The position numbers were made by a program, and so were the translations under genes. The notes under the pieces are model-generated. The model did no database searches. It was not told the DNA's origin and worked only from the letters and a program-made list of their open reading frames with translations. This document shows positions 18,343-28,550 of a DNA stretch of 64,000 nt, piece after piece. Position 1 is the first letter of the stretch, and the number at the start of each line of letters is the position of its first letter. Source of the DNA: Myxococcota bacterium (GTDB lineage: Bacteria; Myxococcota_A; UBA796; SXON01); contig JAZKFH010000008.1 of the NCBI GenBank assembly GCA_040386535.1, positions 79,911-143,910 of the forward strand, read 5' to 3'.

Positions 18343-19554
18343 GTGGTGCGCGTCCTGGTTGCCGACAAGCTCGCTTCGTTCGTGCCCGGTCGTCTTCAGG
18401 ACACCGGCGCGCAAGTCACCGTCGATCCCGCCGCGAAGGACGCCGCCCTCACGGCGCGCGTGGCCGAGCTGGATCCGGAGGTGCTCGTCGTCCGGAGCAC
18501 CAAGGTCACCGCCGCCGACATCGCGGCGGGCAAGAACCTCGCGTTGATCATCCGCGCCGGCGCGGGCGTGAACACCATCGATCTCGCCGCGGCCTCGTCG
18601 CGCGGGGTGTACGTCGCCAATTGCCCCGGCAAGAACGCGGTCGCCGTGGCCGAGCTGGCCATCGGCCACCTCGTGAACCTCGATCGGCGGATCGCGGACA
18701 ACGTCGCGTCCCTGCGCGCCGGCAAGTGGGACAAGAAGACCTTCGGCGTGGCGCGCGGGCTGCGCGGCCGCACCCTCGCGGTGCTCGGGACCGGCCAGAT
18801 CGGGCGCGAGGTCATCGTGCGGGCCCAGGCCTTCGGCATGCGGATCGTGGCGTGGTCGCGCTCGTTGACCGACGCCGAGGCCGAGCTGCTCCGGGTCGAG
18901 CGCGCGCCCACGATCGAGGCCGCCGTCGCGAACGCCGACGCCGTGTCGATCCACCTCGCCCTCGCGAAGGAGACCCGCGGCCGCATCGGCGAGAGCGTGT
19001 TCGCCGCCATGAAGCCCGGCGCCTACTTCATCAACACCTCCCGCGCCGAGGTGGTCGACCAGGACGCGCTGATCCGCGCCATCACCACCAAGAACCTCCG
19101 CGCCGGGCTCGACGTGTTCGCCAACGAGCCGTCGGCCGCCGCGGGCCCCTTCGCCGACGCGATCGTCGAGTCCCCCAACGTCTACGGCACGCACCACATC
19201 GGCGCGAGCACCGACGAGTCGGAGGAGGCCGTGGGCGAGGAGGTCGTGCGCATCGTGGCCGCCTACAAGGCCGGCGCGGCGATCCCGAACGTGGTGAACC
19301 TCGCGACGCGCAGCCCCGCCACCCACCTGCTCGTCGTGCGCCACGCCGACCGCGTGGGCGTCCTGGCGAGCGTGCTCGGCGTGCTCCGCGAGGCGTCGAT
19401 CAACATCGAGGACATGCAGAACATCGTGTTCTCCGGGGGGGACGCCGCGTGCGCCCGCATCGGCATGGTGGGCGCGCTCGCCCCCGAGGCCGTGGCCCGT
19501 CTCGAGTCCGAAGCCCACATCTTCTCCGTCTCCCAGGTGCCGGTGACCCCATGA
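18343..19554 (+). CDS. serA: D-3-phosphoglycerate dehydrogenase with C-terminal ACT domain
   Basis: RAGAGVNTID, NAVAVAE, GTGQIG, INTSRA, HIGASTDE; coupled to serC. Confidence 0.9.
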   Translation: MVRVLVADKLASFVPGRLQDTGAQVTVDPAAKDAALTARVAELDPEVLVVRSTKVTAADIAAGKNLALIIRAGAGVNTIDLAAASSRGVYVANCPGKNAVAVAELAIGHLVNLDRRIADNVASLRAGKWDKKTFGVARGLRGRTLAVLGTGQIGREVIVRAQAFGMRIVAWSRSLTDAEAELLRVERAPTIEAAVANADAVSIHLALAKETRGRIGESVFAAMKPGAYFINTSRAEVVDQDALIRAITTKNLRAGLDVFANEPSAAAGPFADAIVESPNVYGTHHIGASTDESEEAVGEEVVRIVAAYKAGAAIPNVVNLATRSPATHLLVVRHADRVGVLASVLGVLREASINIEDMQNIVFSGGDAACARIGMVGALAPEAVARLESEAHIFSVSQVPVTP

Positions 19555-20651
19555 CTGATCCCACGAGCTACGGTCGCATCCACAACTTCGGCGCGGGCCC
19601 CGCGGTCCTCCCCCTCTCCGTCGTCGAAGAGGTGCGGGACGCCCTCCCGAACCTGAACGGCTCGGGCCTCGGCCTCCTCGAGATCTCGCACCGCAGCAAG
19701 ACCTTCCAGGCCGTCGTCGACAGCGCCGTGGCCCGCGTTCGTCGCGTGCTCAACGTGCCCGCCGACTACAGCATCCTGTTCCTGCAGGGCGGCGCCTCGC
19801 TCCAGTTCTACATGTCCGCGCTCAACCTGCTCCGCCCGGGCGAGGCCGCCGACTACCTCGTGACCGGCACCTGGGCGCAGAAGGCGCTCAAGGAAGCCAA
19901 GCGCGTGGGCGACGCGAAGGGCATCTGGGACGACGCGCCCAACAACTTCAAGCGCGTGCCGCAGGACGCGGACTACACCGTCCGCGACGAGGCCGTGTAC
20001 CTCCACTACACGACGAACAACACGATCTACGGCACGGAGTTCCACCACCTGCCGCAGAGCGGCGGCAAGCCGCGCGTGCTCGACAACTCGTCCGACATCG
20101 CCGGCGTGCCGCTCGACGTGGCGAGCCACGATCTGATCTACGCGGGCGCGCAGAAGAACCTCGGCCCGAGCGGGCTCACCCTCGCGATCCTCTCGCCCTG
20201 GGCGCTCGCGCGCGGCGCGGCCGGCCTGCCCGCCATGCTCGACTACAAGGTGCACGAGAAGGACGGCTCGCTCTACAACACCCCGAACGCCTTCGGCATC
20301 TTCGTGCTCGAGCGCGTGTTCGCGTGGATGGAGGCCAACGGCGGCCTCGAGGGCGCCATCGCCCGCAACCAGGCGAAGGCGGGCACGCTCTACACCGAGC
20401 TCGACCGCACCGGGTTCTGGCGTCCGCACGCCTCCGTCGAGTCGCGCTCGGTCATGAACGTGACGTGGCGCCTCCCGAGCGAAGCCCTCGAGGAGTCCTT
20501 CGTGAAGGAGGCCAAGGCGGCGGGGTTCGACGGGTTGAAGGGGCACCGTTCGGTGGGCGGGATCCGGGCCAGCCTCTACAACGCGCTGACCCTTGACAGC
20601 GTCCAGAGTCTTGCCGCTTTCATGCGTGACTTCGAAGGTCGCCACGGTTAG
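19551..20651 (+). CDS. serC: Phosphoserine aminotransferase
   Basis: NFGAGPAVLP, EISHRS, LQGGAS, YAGAQKNLGPSG, GHRSVGGIRASLYN. Confidence 0.97.
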   Translation: MTDPTSYGRIHNFGAGPAVLPLSVVEEVRDALPNLNGSGLGLLEISHRSKTFQAVVDSAVARVRRVLNVPADYSILFLQGGASLQFYMSALNLLRPGEAADYLVTGTWAQKALKEAKRVGDAKGIWDDAPNNFKRVPQDADYTVRDEAVYLHYTTNNTIYGTEFHHLPQSGGKPRVLDNSSDIAGVPLDVASHDLIYAGAQKNLGPSGLTLAILSPWALARGAAGLPAMLDYKVHEKDGSLYNTPNAFGIFVLERVFAWMEANGGLEGAIARNQAKAGTLYTELDRTGFWRPHASVESRSVMNVTWRLPSEALEESFVKEAKAAGFDGLKGHRSVGGIRASLYNALTLDSVQSLAAFMRDFEGRHG

Positions 20652-20673
20652 AGTCCCGGGCCCTGGAGTCCGC

Positions 20674-21045
20674 ATGAGCGATCACGATCACGACAAGGAT
20701 GAGGAAGCCGTCGATCCCGAGCTGGACGACGTCGAAGACGGCGAAGGTGAGGGGGAAGACGACGAAGACGACATCGTCATCCTCTCCGATGCCGAAGGCA
20801 ACGAGCAGGAATACCAGTTCCTGGCGATCGTCGAGGTCGAAGGCGACCAGTACGCGCTCCTGACCCCGGCCGACGCGGACGAGGACGAGGCCACCGAGAT
20901 CTTCATCTTCCGCTACGAGCAGGACGAAGACGGCGGCGAGAGCTTCTCCGACGTGGCGGACGAGGCGACCTTCGCCAAGGTGCAGGCCCAGGCCGAAGCG
21001 CTCTTCGCGGCGGACGACGAGGATGACGACGAGGACACGGTCTAG
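20674..21045 (+). CDS. DUF1292-like acidic protein
   Basis: IVILSDAEGNEQEYQFLAIVEVEGDQYALL pattern; GGAG upstream of ATG 20674. Confidence 0.8.
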   Translation: MSDHDHDKDEEAVDPELDDVEDGEGEGEDDEDDIVILSDAEGNEQEYQFLAIVEVEGDQYALLTPADADEDEATEIFIFRYEQDEDGGESFSDVADEATFAKVQAQAEALFAADDEDDDEDTV

Positions 21046-21063
21046 CACCGGTCGCGGCGAGTC

Positions 21064-21083
21064 CGGGGGGCGATGGCCCCCCG
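21064..21083. repeat. GC-rich palindromic hairpin (REP-like) after the DUF1292 gene
   Basis: CGGGGGGC-GATG-GCCCCCCG. Confidence 0.45.
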
Positions 21084-21128
21084 TGACAGCCAAGCTCCCC
21101 CGACAGCCACCCGAGCGTTGACTTCAGC

Positions 21129-21156
21129 TTGACATCCGGCGGAAATCCCGTAGGTT
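21129..21156 (+). promoter_or_regulatory. Candidate sigma70 promoter
   Basis: TTGACA-N16-TAGGTT about 20 nt before ATG 21177. Confidence 0.45.
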
Positions 21157-21176
21157 GCCGCCCCGCTGGAGCTCTC

Positions 21177-22739
21177 ATGGTTGTCCGTCTGCTCGTTCTC
21201 TTGGCGCTCGTGGGTTGCAGCGCCGATCTGCAGGACAAGGGCGACGATCCGGTCATCGGAGACGATGACACGGGCACGCCCGACACCGACACGGATGTCG
21301 TCGACACGGACGACACCGATCTTGACGACACCGGGGACACCGACACCGATACCGACACCGAGCCCCCGGTCGATGACGACGGGGACGGGTCGCCGGCCGA
21401 CGAGGACTGCAACGACGCCGACGCGACCGTGTTTCCCGGCGCGCCCGAGCTGTGCGACGGTCGCGACAACAACTGTGACGGCCGGTTCGACATCGACGAG
21501 GACGCCGACGAGGACGGCCTGGCCGACTGCGAGGACTACTGTCCCGTGTACACGCAGCCGGGCGCAACGGGCGACGGACGCGTGGGTGATCCTATGGGCG
21601 TCATCCAGGACGCCGTCGATCTCGCGGGCGCCAGCGGCTGCTACGAGGTGCGCGCGTACCACGGCACCTACTACGAGAACGTGAACTGGTACGGGTACCC
21701 CGTGAACGCGGAGAGCGTCAGCGGGCCCGAGGTCACCATCATCGACGGGCAGGGCCTCGACAGCGTCGTGGCGTTCGAGACCGCCGAGACCGAGGACGCC
21801 CGCATCTACGGCTTCACGCTGACCAACGGCGGAGGCGACGAGGGCCCCGGCATCCGCGTGCGCTACGCCGCGCCCACCATCGAGGGCAACGTCATCACCG
21901 GGAACGTGGCGAACGTGAGCCCCTGGCTCGCGGGCGGCATCCGCGTCTACGAAGGCGACGCGGTGATCATCGACAACGAGATCACCAACAACGACGCGGC
22001 CTACGGCGGCCCGGAGAACGGCTCCGACGGTGGCGGCATCAACGTGCGCGGCGGCTCGCCCTACATCGCAGGCAACCTCATCGCGGACAACACCGCGGGG
22101 GACGGCGGCGGGCTCTGGATCGCCTACACCGACGCGATCATCGTCAACAACCTCATCGCGGGCAACGCGGCGATGGACGACGATCTGACCGCGGGTGGCC
22201 AGGGCGGCGGCATCAACGTGCAGATCTCCGGGCCGAACGGCCCGTTCATCTCGGGCAACGTCGTCACCGACAACACCGCGTCGATGTACGGCGGCGGCAT
22301 CGTGACCTACGAGGCCAACGACCTGTACCCGTCCGCCCAGATCACCAACAACACCATCACCTTCAACGAGGTGACGGACACGGACTACGGCGCCGGCCTG
22401 CTCCAATGGCGGCGCACCACGCCCACCGTCACGAACAACATCATCGCCTACAACAACGGCGTGGGTGTGTACTCCGAAGATGACATGGACGACACGTACA
22501 CGTACAACCTCGTGTATGGCAACGGAACCAACTATTCGGGCCTCGCCGGCTCCGGCGCCGGCAACCTCGTGGCCGACCCGTTGTTCACCGCTGCCACCAA
22601 CGACGGCGACTGGACCAATGACGACTTCACGCTCCGTGCCACCTCGCCCGCGATCGACGCCGGGAGCACGGGTGAAGCGGATCCGGATGGGTCGGCGGCT
22701 GACTTGGGAGCGTACGGCGGCGTGTACGGGGGCTGGTAG
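21177..22739 (+). CDS. Lipoprotein with a DT-rich linker, MopE-like Asp/Cys motif and right-handed parallel beta-helix repeats
   Basis: LVGC lipobox; DCNDADATVFPGAPELCDGRDNNCDG; repeated GGGI...NNLI..N.A units. Confidence 0.85.
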   Translation: MVVRLLVLLALVGCSADLQDKGDDPVIGDDDTGTPDTDTDVVDTDDTDLDDTGDTDTDTDTEPPVDDDGDGSPADEDCNDADATVFPGAPELCDGRDNNCDGRFDIDEDADEDGLADCEDYCPVYTQPGATGDGRVGDPMGVIQDAVDLAGASGCYEVRAYHGTYYENVNWYGYPVNAESVSGPEVTIIDGQGLDSVVAFETAETEDARIYGFTLTNGGGDEGPGIRVRYAAPTIEGNVITGNVANVSPWLAGGIRVYEGDAVIIDNEITNNDAAYGGPENGSDGGGINVRGGSPYIAGNLIADNTAGDGGGLWIAYTDAIIVNNLIAGNAAMDDDLTAGGQGGGINVQISGPNGPFISGNVVTDNTASMYGGGIVTYEANDLYPSAQITNNTITFNEVTDTDYGAGLLQWRRTTPTVTNNIIAYNNGVGVYSEDDMDDTYTYNLVYGNGTNYSGLAGSGAGNLVADPLFTAATNDGDWTNDDFTLRATSPAIDAGSTGEADPDGSAADLGAYGGVYGGW

Positions 22740-22765
22740 TCCGGGGCGGCGGAGCCCGGCCGGGA

Positions 22766-24976
22766 TCAGGCCGCGTCCAGCACGTCTCGCACCCGCCGTG
22801 CCAACGGATCGGGCATGATCGGCTTCTGGATGAACGCCACGCGCGCCTCGAGGATGCCGTGACGAACGACAGCATCGTCGGTGTAGCCGGACATGAACAG
22901 CACCTTCGTGTCTGGGCGCACCTGGCCGAGGCGCGCCGCGAGGTCCGGGCCGCTCATACGTGGCATCACGACGTCGGTCAGGAGGAGGTGGATTGGCGCG
23001 GGGTACTGCGCGCACAGCTCCAGCGCGTCGGCGCCGTTGGGAGCGGCGAGGACGTGGTAGCCACATCGGCGTAGGACCGCGGCGGCCAGCGTACGGACCT
23101 CGTCCTCGTCCTCGACCAGGAGGATCGTCTCGGTGCCGCCGACGAGCGGCGCGTTCGACGACACCGCCGCCATGGCCCCCTCGTCCGCGCCGACGGCCAC
23201 GGGAAAGTAGATCTTGAACGTGGTGCCCTTGCCGGGCTCGCTGTACACCCAGATGGTCCCGCCGCTCTGCTGGACGATGCCGAACACCGTAGCGAGCCCG
23301 AGCCCCGTCCCTTTGCCCATCTCCTTGGTCGTGAAGAAGGGCTCGAACAGGTGCGCCTGCGTGTGCGCGTCCATGCCCTGGCCAGTGTCGCTCACCGCCA
23401 GCATCATGTGCGCCCCCGGCGCGGAGCCGGGATGCATGGCCACGTACTCGCTGTCCAGGACGACCCGGCACGTCTCGATGGTGAGCATGCCGCCCAGCGG
23501 CATGGCGTCGCGGGCGTTCACGGCCAGGTTCATGATGACCTGCCCGATCTGACCGGGGTCGACGAGGACGGTGCCCTGGCCCGGCGCGGACGGTGCCGCG
23601 AGCTCGACGTCCTCGCCGATGAGGCGCCGGAGCATCTTCTCCATCCCACGCACGACGGCGTCCAGATCGACGACCTTCGGCTGGAGCACCTGCTGCCGGC
23701 TGAACGCGAGCAGCTCTCCGGTGAGGTCCCGAGCGCGGAGCCCGGCGGCGTGGATCTCCTCGAGGTCGGCGCGGATGGGATCCCCCTCCGGGAACTCGGC
23801 GCGCAGCAGCGCGGAGTAGCCGAGCACGACCGAGAGGAGGTTGTTGAAGTCGTGGGCCACCCCACCGGCGAGACGGCCGACGGTCTCCATCTTCTGCGCC
23901 TGGCGCAGGCGGTCCTCGAGCTCGAGATGGAGCGCCTCGGCGAGCCGCTGCGGGGTGATGTCCTGCACGGAGCCGTCGATGTGGGTGATCGTGCCAGACA
24001 CGTCGCGGCGCGGGTTGCCGATCGCCCGGATCCAGCGCCGGTTGCCCCCCGCCGTGAGGATCTCCGCCTCGAGGTCGAAGGGGGTACCGAGCCGACTGCA
24101 ACGTTCCACCGCGGCGATGACGCCCTCGTGGTGTTCGGCCGCGTAGAACTGGATCGCGGCGTCCACGGTGGGCGAGGTGCCGGTTGGGACCTCGTGGATG
24201 ACACACGCTTCGTCCGACCAGACGACGCGCGGGTTGTCCCCCGTGAGCGCCACGCTCCAGCCTCCGAGGCGCGCCGTGCGGCCCGCGATGCCGAGGAGCG
24301 CCTTCTGTTCGAGCAGCTCCGCCTCGGTGCGCTGCCGCTCTCGGACCTCCTGTTCGAGCGCAGCGTTGGCGGCGACGAGGTCACGCCGCTCGTTCTCGAG
24401 CGCCGTCTGCCCGTCGACCGCGCGCCCCACGGCCGCCTCGAGGGCCGCGATGACCGCGCACAGGGCCAGCACCATGCTCAGATTGACGAGCACGAAATTG
24501 CCGGTGATGACCGACCAGCCAACCATGTCCCAGCGCCATCCAGGAATCGACATCTCCGGGGAGGCGATCGCGAGGTAGCCGATGCCGAACATGGTGATTG
24601 CGTTGAGGGCGACCGTCGCGAGGCCCCAGCGGGCCCGGAGCAGCAGCGTGGCGATGATCGAGAACCCGAACAGGTAGATCTGGCTTATCGATCCCACCGT
24701 CACCATCAGCCCTACGCCCAGGGCATAGAGTACGAGGCACGCCCCGATCGCCCGGCCGATGGCCGGCAGCCGGTCGAACCGAGCGAGCACGAGGATGATC
24801 GCGAGCGCGATCGTGTCCAGCACCGCCACCTGCGTGAGACCGGCCGTGATGGCGAGGTAGACGCTCGGAACGTAGACGACGCTGCCGAGCCCGGCGATGG
24901 CGCGGACCACCGAGCGCAACAAGTCCGCCCGCCATTCGTCGAGGGACAGGGTCGGGGACCCAGGCAGATCAGACAT
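22766..24976 (-). CDS. Hybrid sensor histidine kinase/response regulator (multi-TM, PAS, HisKA, HATPase, REC)
   Basis: AHDFNN H-box, NLAVNARDAM, DTGQGM, FFTTK, GTGLGL; LLVEDE...TDVVMP...KP. Confidence 0.95.
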   Translation of the reverse strand: MSDLPGSPTLSLDEWRADLLRSVVRAIAGLGSVVYVPSVYLAITAGLTQVAVLDTIALAIILVLARFDRLPAIGRAIGACLVLYALGVGLMVTVGSISQIYLFGFSIIATLLLRARWGLATVALNAITMFGIGYLAIASPEMSIPGWRWDMVGWSVITGNFVLVNLSMVLALCAVIAALEAAVGRAVDGQTALENERRDLVAANAALEQEVRERQRTEAELLEQKALLGIAGRTARLGGWSVALTGDNPRVVWSDEACVIHEVPTGTSPTVDAAIQFYAAEHHEGVIAAVERCSRLGTPFDLEAEILTAGGNRRWIRAIGNPRRDVSGTITHIDGSVQDITPQRLAEALHLELEDRLRQAQKMETVGRLAGGVAHDFNNLLSVVLGYSALLRAEFPEGDPIRADLEEIHAAGLRARDLTGELLAFSRQQVLQPKVVDLDAVVRGMEKMLRRLIGEDVELAAPSAPGQGTVLVDPGQIGQVIMNLAVNARDAMPLGGMLTIETCRVVLDSEYVAMHPGSAPGAHMMLAVSDTGQGMDAHTQAHLFEPFFTTKEMGKGTGLGLATVFGIVQQSGGTIWVYSEPGKGTTFKIYFPVAVGADEGAMAAVSSNAPLVGGTETILLVEDEDEVRTLAAAVLRRCGYHVLAAPNGADALELCAQYPAPIHLLLTDVVMPRMSGPDLAARLGQVRPDTKVLFMSGYTDDAVVRHGILEARVAFIQKPIMPDPLARRVRDVLDAA

Positions 24977-25103
24977 TTTCGAGTATTGTACCCGACAATC
25001 GGCCGGGGTCAAGCGGGCGTGGCAGGGCGGCCCGGTCGGAGCCGGGATGCGCCGCGCGTCGCCGTCGACCCGAGGCGGATACGCTCGCTCCCGGAGCGCG
25101 CAC

Positions 25104-26390
25104 ATGCACCACGTGATCGTCGGCAACAGCGTCGCGGGCATCGAGGCCGCGATCACGCTGCGCAACCGCGACGACACGGCGCGCATCACGCTCATCGCGG
25201 ACGAGCACGACCACTTCTTCGCGCGCACGGCGCTGATGTACGTGTTCTGCGGGCAGCTGTCCGTGCGGGACACGGAGCCCTACGACCACGAGCTGTACGA
25301 GCGGATGCGCTTCACCCGCGTCCGCGACCGGCTGGTGCGCGTGCGGCCCGACGAGCACGCCGTCGACCTCGCGAGCGGCGCCACGGTGGCGTACGACACG
25401 CTGCTGCTGGCCGTGGGGTCCCGCCCGCGGCGGTTGCCCTGGCCCGCCGCGTACGCGGGCCCCGGGGTGCACCACTTCGTCACCTTGCGGGACCTCGAGG
25501 GGCTGGACGCGGCCGCCAAGCCCGGCATGTCCGTGGCGGTCATCGGCGGCGGGCTCATCGGGGTGGAGTGCGCCGAGGTGCTGCACCTGCGCAGGTTGAA
25601 GGTGCATTTTCTCATCCGCGAGCCCTGGTACTTCCCGGTGGCGCTCGACGAGAACGAGGCGCAGGTCGTGGCCGCGCACATGCGCCAGCACGGGGTCGAC
25701 ACGCGGTTGAACACCCCGGTCGACGCGTTGGAGCGCCGCGAGGGAAAACTCGTGTTGAAGCTTCCGAACGAGGAGCTGGCCGTCGACCTCGTCGTGGGCG
25801 CCATCGGGGTGGTGCCGAACACGGACTTCCTGCGCGACAGCACCCTCACGCTCGCTCCGGACGGCGCCATCGAGACGACGGACGCGCTCCGGAGCACCAC
25901 CGCGCCGGACGTGTGGGCCGCGGGGGACTGCGCGAACGTCACCTGGATCGATGGATCGCGGCGTCCCGAGCAGCTCTGGTACACCGCGCGGGATCAGGGC
26001 CGCGCCGCCGCCCGCTCGATGCTCGGGGACCCCGTCGTGTATCGCCGGAGCACCTGGTACAACTCTGCCAAGTTCTTCGACATCGAGTACACGACCGCGG
26101 GGTTCGTCCCCCCGGACCCCAAGGGGTTCGACACCTGGTACCAGCACGTCCCCGCCCCCTCCGTGACCCAGACCTCGGCGACCCAACGCATCGTGTGCAA
26201 GGGCGGCCGCATCGTCGGCTTCAACGCCCTGGGAAGCCGCTGGAATCACGAAGTGTTCTTGCGTTGGATCCACGAGCGCCGCTCGCTCGTATGGGTGCTC
26301 GAGCACATGAACGACGCCCGCTTCGACGAGGAGTTCACCGCTCCGTTCCGCGTCCTCCCGACCGCCACGCTGACGCCCGCCGGAGCCTGA
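25104..26390 (+). CDS. NAD(P)/FAD-dependent oxidoreductase (Pyr_redox_2 family)
   Basis: VIVGNSVAG, LLLAVGS, VIGGGLIGVE, VWAAGDCA. Confidence 0.9.
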   Translation: MHHVIVGNSVAGIEAAITLRNRDDTARITLIADEHDHFFARTALMYVFCGQLSVRDTEPYDHELYERMRFTRVRDRLVRVRPDEHAVDLASGATVAYDTLLLAVGSRPRRLPWPAAYAGPGVHHFVTLRDLEGLDAAAKPGMSVAVIGGGLIGVECAEVLHLRRLKVHFLIREPWYFPVALDENEAQVVAAHMRQHGVDTRLNTPVDALERREGKLVLKLPNEELAVDLVVGAIGVVPNTDFLRDSTLTLAPDGAIETTDALRSTTAPDVWAAGDCANVTWIDGSRRPEQLWYTARDQGRAAARSMLGDPVVYRRSTWYNSAKFFDIEYTTAGFVPPDPKGFDTWYQHVPAPSVTQTSATQRIVCKGGRIVGFNALGSRWNHEVFLRWIHERRSLVWVLEHMNDARFDEEFTAPFRVLPTATLTPAGA

Positions 26391-26391
26391 C

Positions 26392-27741
26392 ATGCAAGCC
26401 GGATTGCTCTCCACCTACAAGAGCCCGGTCAAGAACCGGAACGCGTTCGCGTGGGTGCTCTCCCTCGCCCTGTTCGCGTTCTACTTCCTGTTGTACCTGC
26501 CGGACTACGGGTTCTTCCCCGATTACCTCGCCATCGCGCTGCGCGGCCTCGGCTTCGGAAAGTTCGACAAGTGGAACTTCTACGGGCTGCTGTACAGCGT
26601 CGCGATGATCGTCGGCGGCTGGTTCATGCTCCAGAAGCACGGCAACAGCCGCTACCACCGGCTCCGCACCTACACGCTCGTCGCGGTGCAGGTGGTGTTC
26701 GCCTTCTCGTTGCCGCTGGTGCTGAAGTTCCTGAACCAACCCGAGTTGTACCTCTCGTACCTGTGGCCCCTCTCCTACGACAAGTTGTTCCCCGACACGC
26801 TCGCGCAGATGCCGATCTACGCCGCCGTGTACTTCGTGGTCACGTCGCTCGTCGCGTTCCCGCTGCTCGCCTACTACAAGGGCAAGCGGTTCTATTGCTC
26901 CTGGATCTGCGGGTGTGGCGGCCTCGCCGAGACCTTCGGCGACCCGTGGCGGCACCTCTCCAGCAAGTCGGACAAGGCCTGGCGCGTCGAGCAGGTCACG
27001 ATCTACAGCGTGCTCGCGCTCGTGCTCCTCACGACGGGCCTGATGATCGCGGACGCGTCGAGCAAGGCCGCGCTGATTGGCCGCGCGGGCACGGAGGAGG
27101 GCGATCGGGTCGCGCTGTCGTTGTCGCTCGCGAGCCAGGCCGAGGCGCTCCGCGACGCTCCGGCCTCCACGCTCGGCGCTTCGGTCGGCGCGATCGAGGC
27201 CGAGGTGCTCGCCAGCAAGCCGCCGGAGTGGCTCGCCGAGAAGCTCGTGGGCGTGCGGGCCAAGGCCGACGCGGGCGACGTGGCGGGCACGGCCTCCGAG
27301 GTCAAGAACCTCGCCTACGCGGCCATGCCGGTGACACCGATCTCGGGCATCGCCCACTCGGTGAAGGGCTTCTACGCCTTCTTCATCGGCGCGATGTTCT
27401 CCGGCGCCGCGGGAGTCGGCCTGTACCCCCTCATGGGCTCGCGGGTGTGGTGCCGATTTGGGTGCCCGATGGCCGCGATCCTCGGCCTGTTCCAGAAGTT
27501 CGGGCGCTTCCGCATCACGGTCAAAAAAGACATGTGTATCAGCTGCGGCAACTGCAGCACCTACTGCGAGATGGGCATCGACGTGCGGCAATACGCCATG
27601 GGCAACCTCGATATCAAGCGCGCGAGCTGCGTGGGGTGCGGAATGTGCGCGCACGTTTGCCCGCGTGGCGTGTTGAAGCTCGAGACCCGCAAGGACTCCG
27701 GCCCCGCCGGCAACGTACAGGTCTGGACCCTCGACCTCTGA
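26392..27741 (+). CDS. Membrane 4Fe-4S binding protein (NapH/MauN-like polyferredoxin)
   Basis: YCSWICGCG, WCRFGCP, CISCGNCSTYC, CVGCGMCAHVCP; several TM segments. Confidence 0.9.
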   Translation: MQAGLLSTYKSPVKNRNAFAWVLSLALFAFYFLLYLPDYGFFPDYLAIALRGLGFGKFDKWNFYGLLYSVAMIVGGWFMLQKHGNSRYHRLRTYTLVAVQVVFAFSLPLVLKFLNQPELYLSYLWPLSYDKLFPDTLAQMPIYAAVYFVVTSLVAFPLLAYYKGKRFYCSWICGCGGLAETFGDPWRHLSSKSDKAWRVEQVTIYSVLALVLLTTGLMIADASSKAALIGRAGTEEGDRVALSLSLASQAEALRDAPASTLGASVGAIEAEVLASKPPEWLAEKLVGVRAKADAGDVAGTASEVKNLAYAAMPVTPISGIAHSVKGFYAFFIGAMFSGAAGVGLYPLMGSRVWCRFGCPMAAILGLFQKFGRFRITVKKDMCISCGNCSTYCEMGIDVRQYAMGNLDIKRASCVGCGMCAHVCPRGVLKLETRKDSGPAGNVQVWTLDL

Positions 27742-27755
27742 CCGGAGCCTTCCCC

Positions 27756-28502
27756 ATGCTGCTCGCCCTCGTCAGCCTCGCCCTCGCCCTCGACCCCACC
27801 CACGCGAAGCTCCAGAAGGTGCTCGACACCCACCTCGTCGCGGGGCGTGTCGACTACGCGGGTCTCAAAGCCGCTCCCGCCACGTTGGACGCCTACCTCG
27901 CGGAGGTGGCCGCGGCGCCGGTCGCCTCGTTGTCCCCCGCCGACAAGAAGGCGCTCTACATCAACGCCTACAACGCCTACACCCTCGATCTGGTGGCGGA
28001 CAACTTCCCGCTCAAATCGATCATGGACCTGGATGGCGGCAAGGTGTGGGACACCCGCAAGTACAACGTGGGCGGCACCCTGCTGACGCTCAACGACATC
28101 GAGGGGAAGAACCTGCGTAACCTCGGCGATCCGCGCATCCACGCCGCGGTCAACTGCGCCTCCCTCGGGTGCCCGCCGATCGCGCCCAAGGTGTTCACCG
28201 GCGCCGGTCTGGATGCCCAGTTGGACGTGGCAGCCAAACGGTGGGCGTCCACCGCCACGCTCACTACCAACTCTTCGGGGGCGGGCGGGACGCTGACCGT
28301 CAACAAGATCTTCGATTGGTACGGCGACGACTTCACCGCCACGTTTGGTTCCGCCCGTTACGACATCCCCGGGCTCGCCGGCAAGCAGGAGGCCGCGGCC
28401 AACTTCATCGCCACCTTCGCGCCCGAGCGTGCGGAGATGCTACGGAAGGGTGGGTACACCGTCGCATACGGCGAGTACAGTTGGGCGGTGAATTCGCGTT
28501 GA
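27756..28502 (+). CDS. DUF547 domain protein (exported)
   Basis: VDYAGL, ALYINAYNA, LNDIE, DPRIHAAVNCASLGCP, KIFDWYGDDF. Confidence 0.92.
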   Translation: MLLALVSLALALDPTHAKLQKVLDTHLVAGRVDYAGLKAAPATLDAYLAEVAAAPVASLSPADKKALYINAYNAYTLDLVADNFPLKSIMDLDGGKVWDTRKYNVGGTLLTLNDIEGKNLRNLGDPRIHAAVNCASLGCPPIAPKVFTGAGLDAQLDVAAKRWASTATLTTNSSGAGGTLTVNKIFDWYGDDFTATFGSARYDIPGLAGKQEAAANFIATFAPERAEMLRKGGYTVAYGEYSWAVNSR

Positions 28503-28506
28503 GTTC

Positions 28507-28540
28507 TGGGGCAGGGGCTCCGCCCCCGCAACGCCCCGGA
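28507..28540. repeat. Nested GC hairpin between convergent genes (REP-like or terminator)
   Basis: GGGGC...GGGGCTCCGCCCC...GCCCC. Confidence 0.4.
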
Positions 28541-28550
28541 GCCACCTCGC

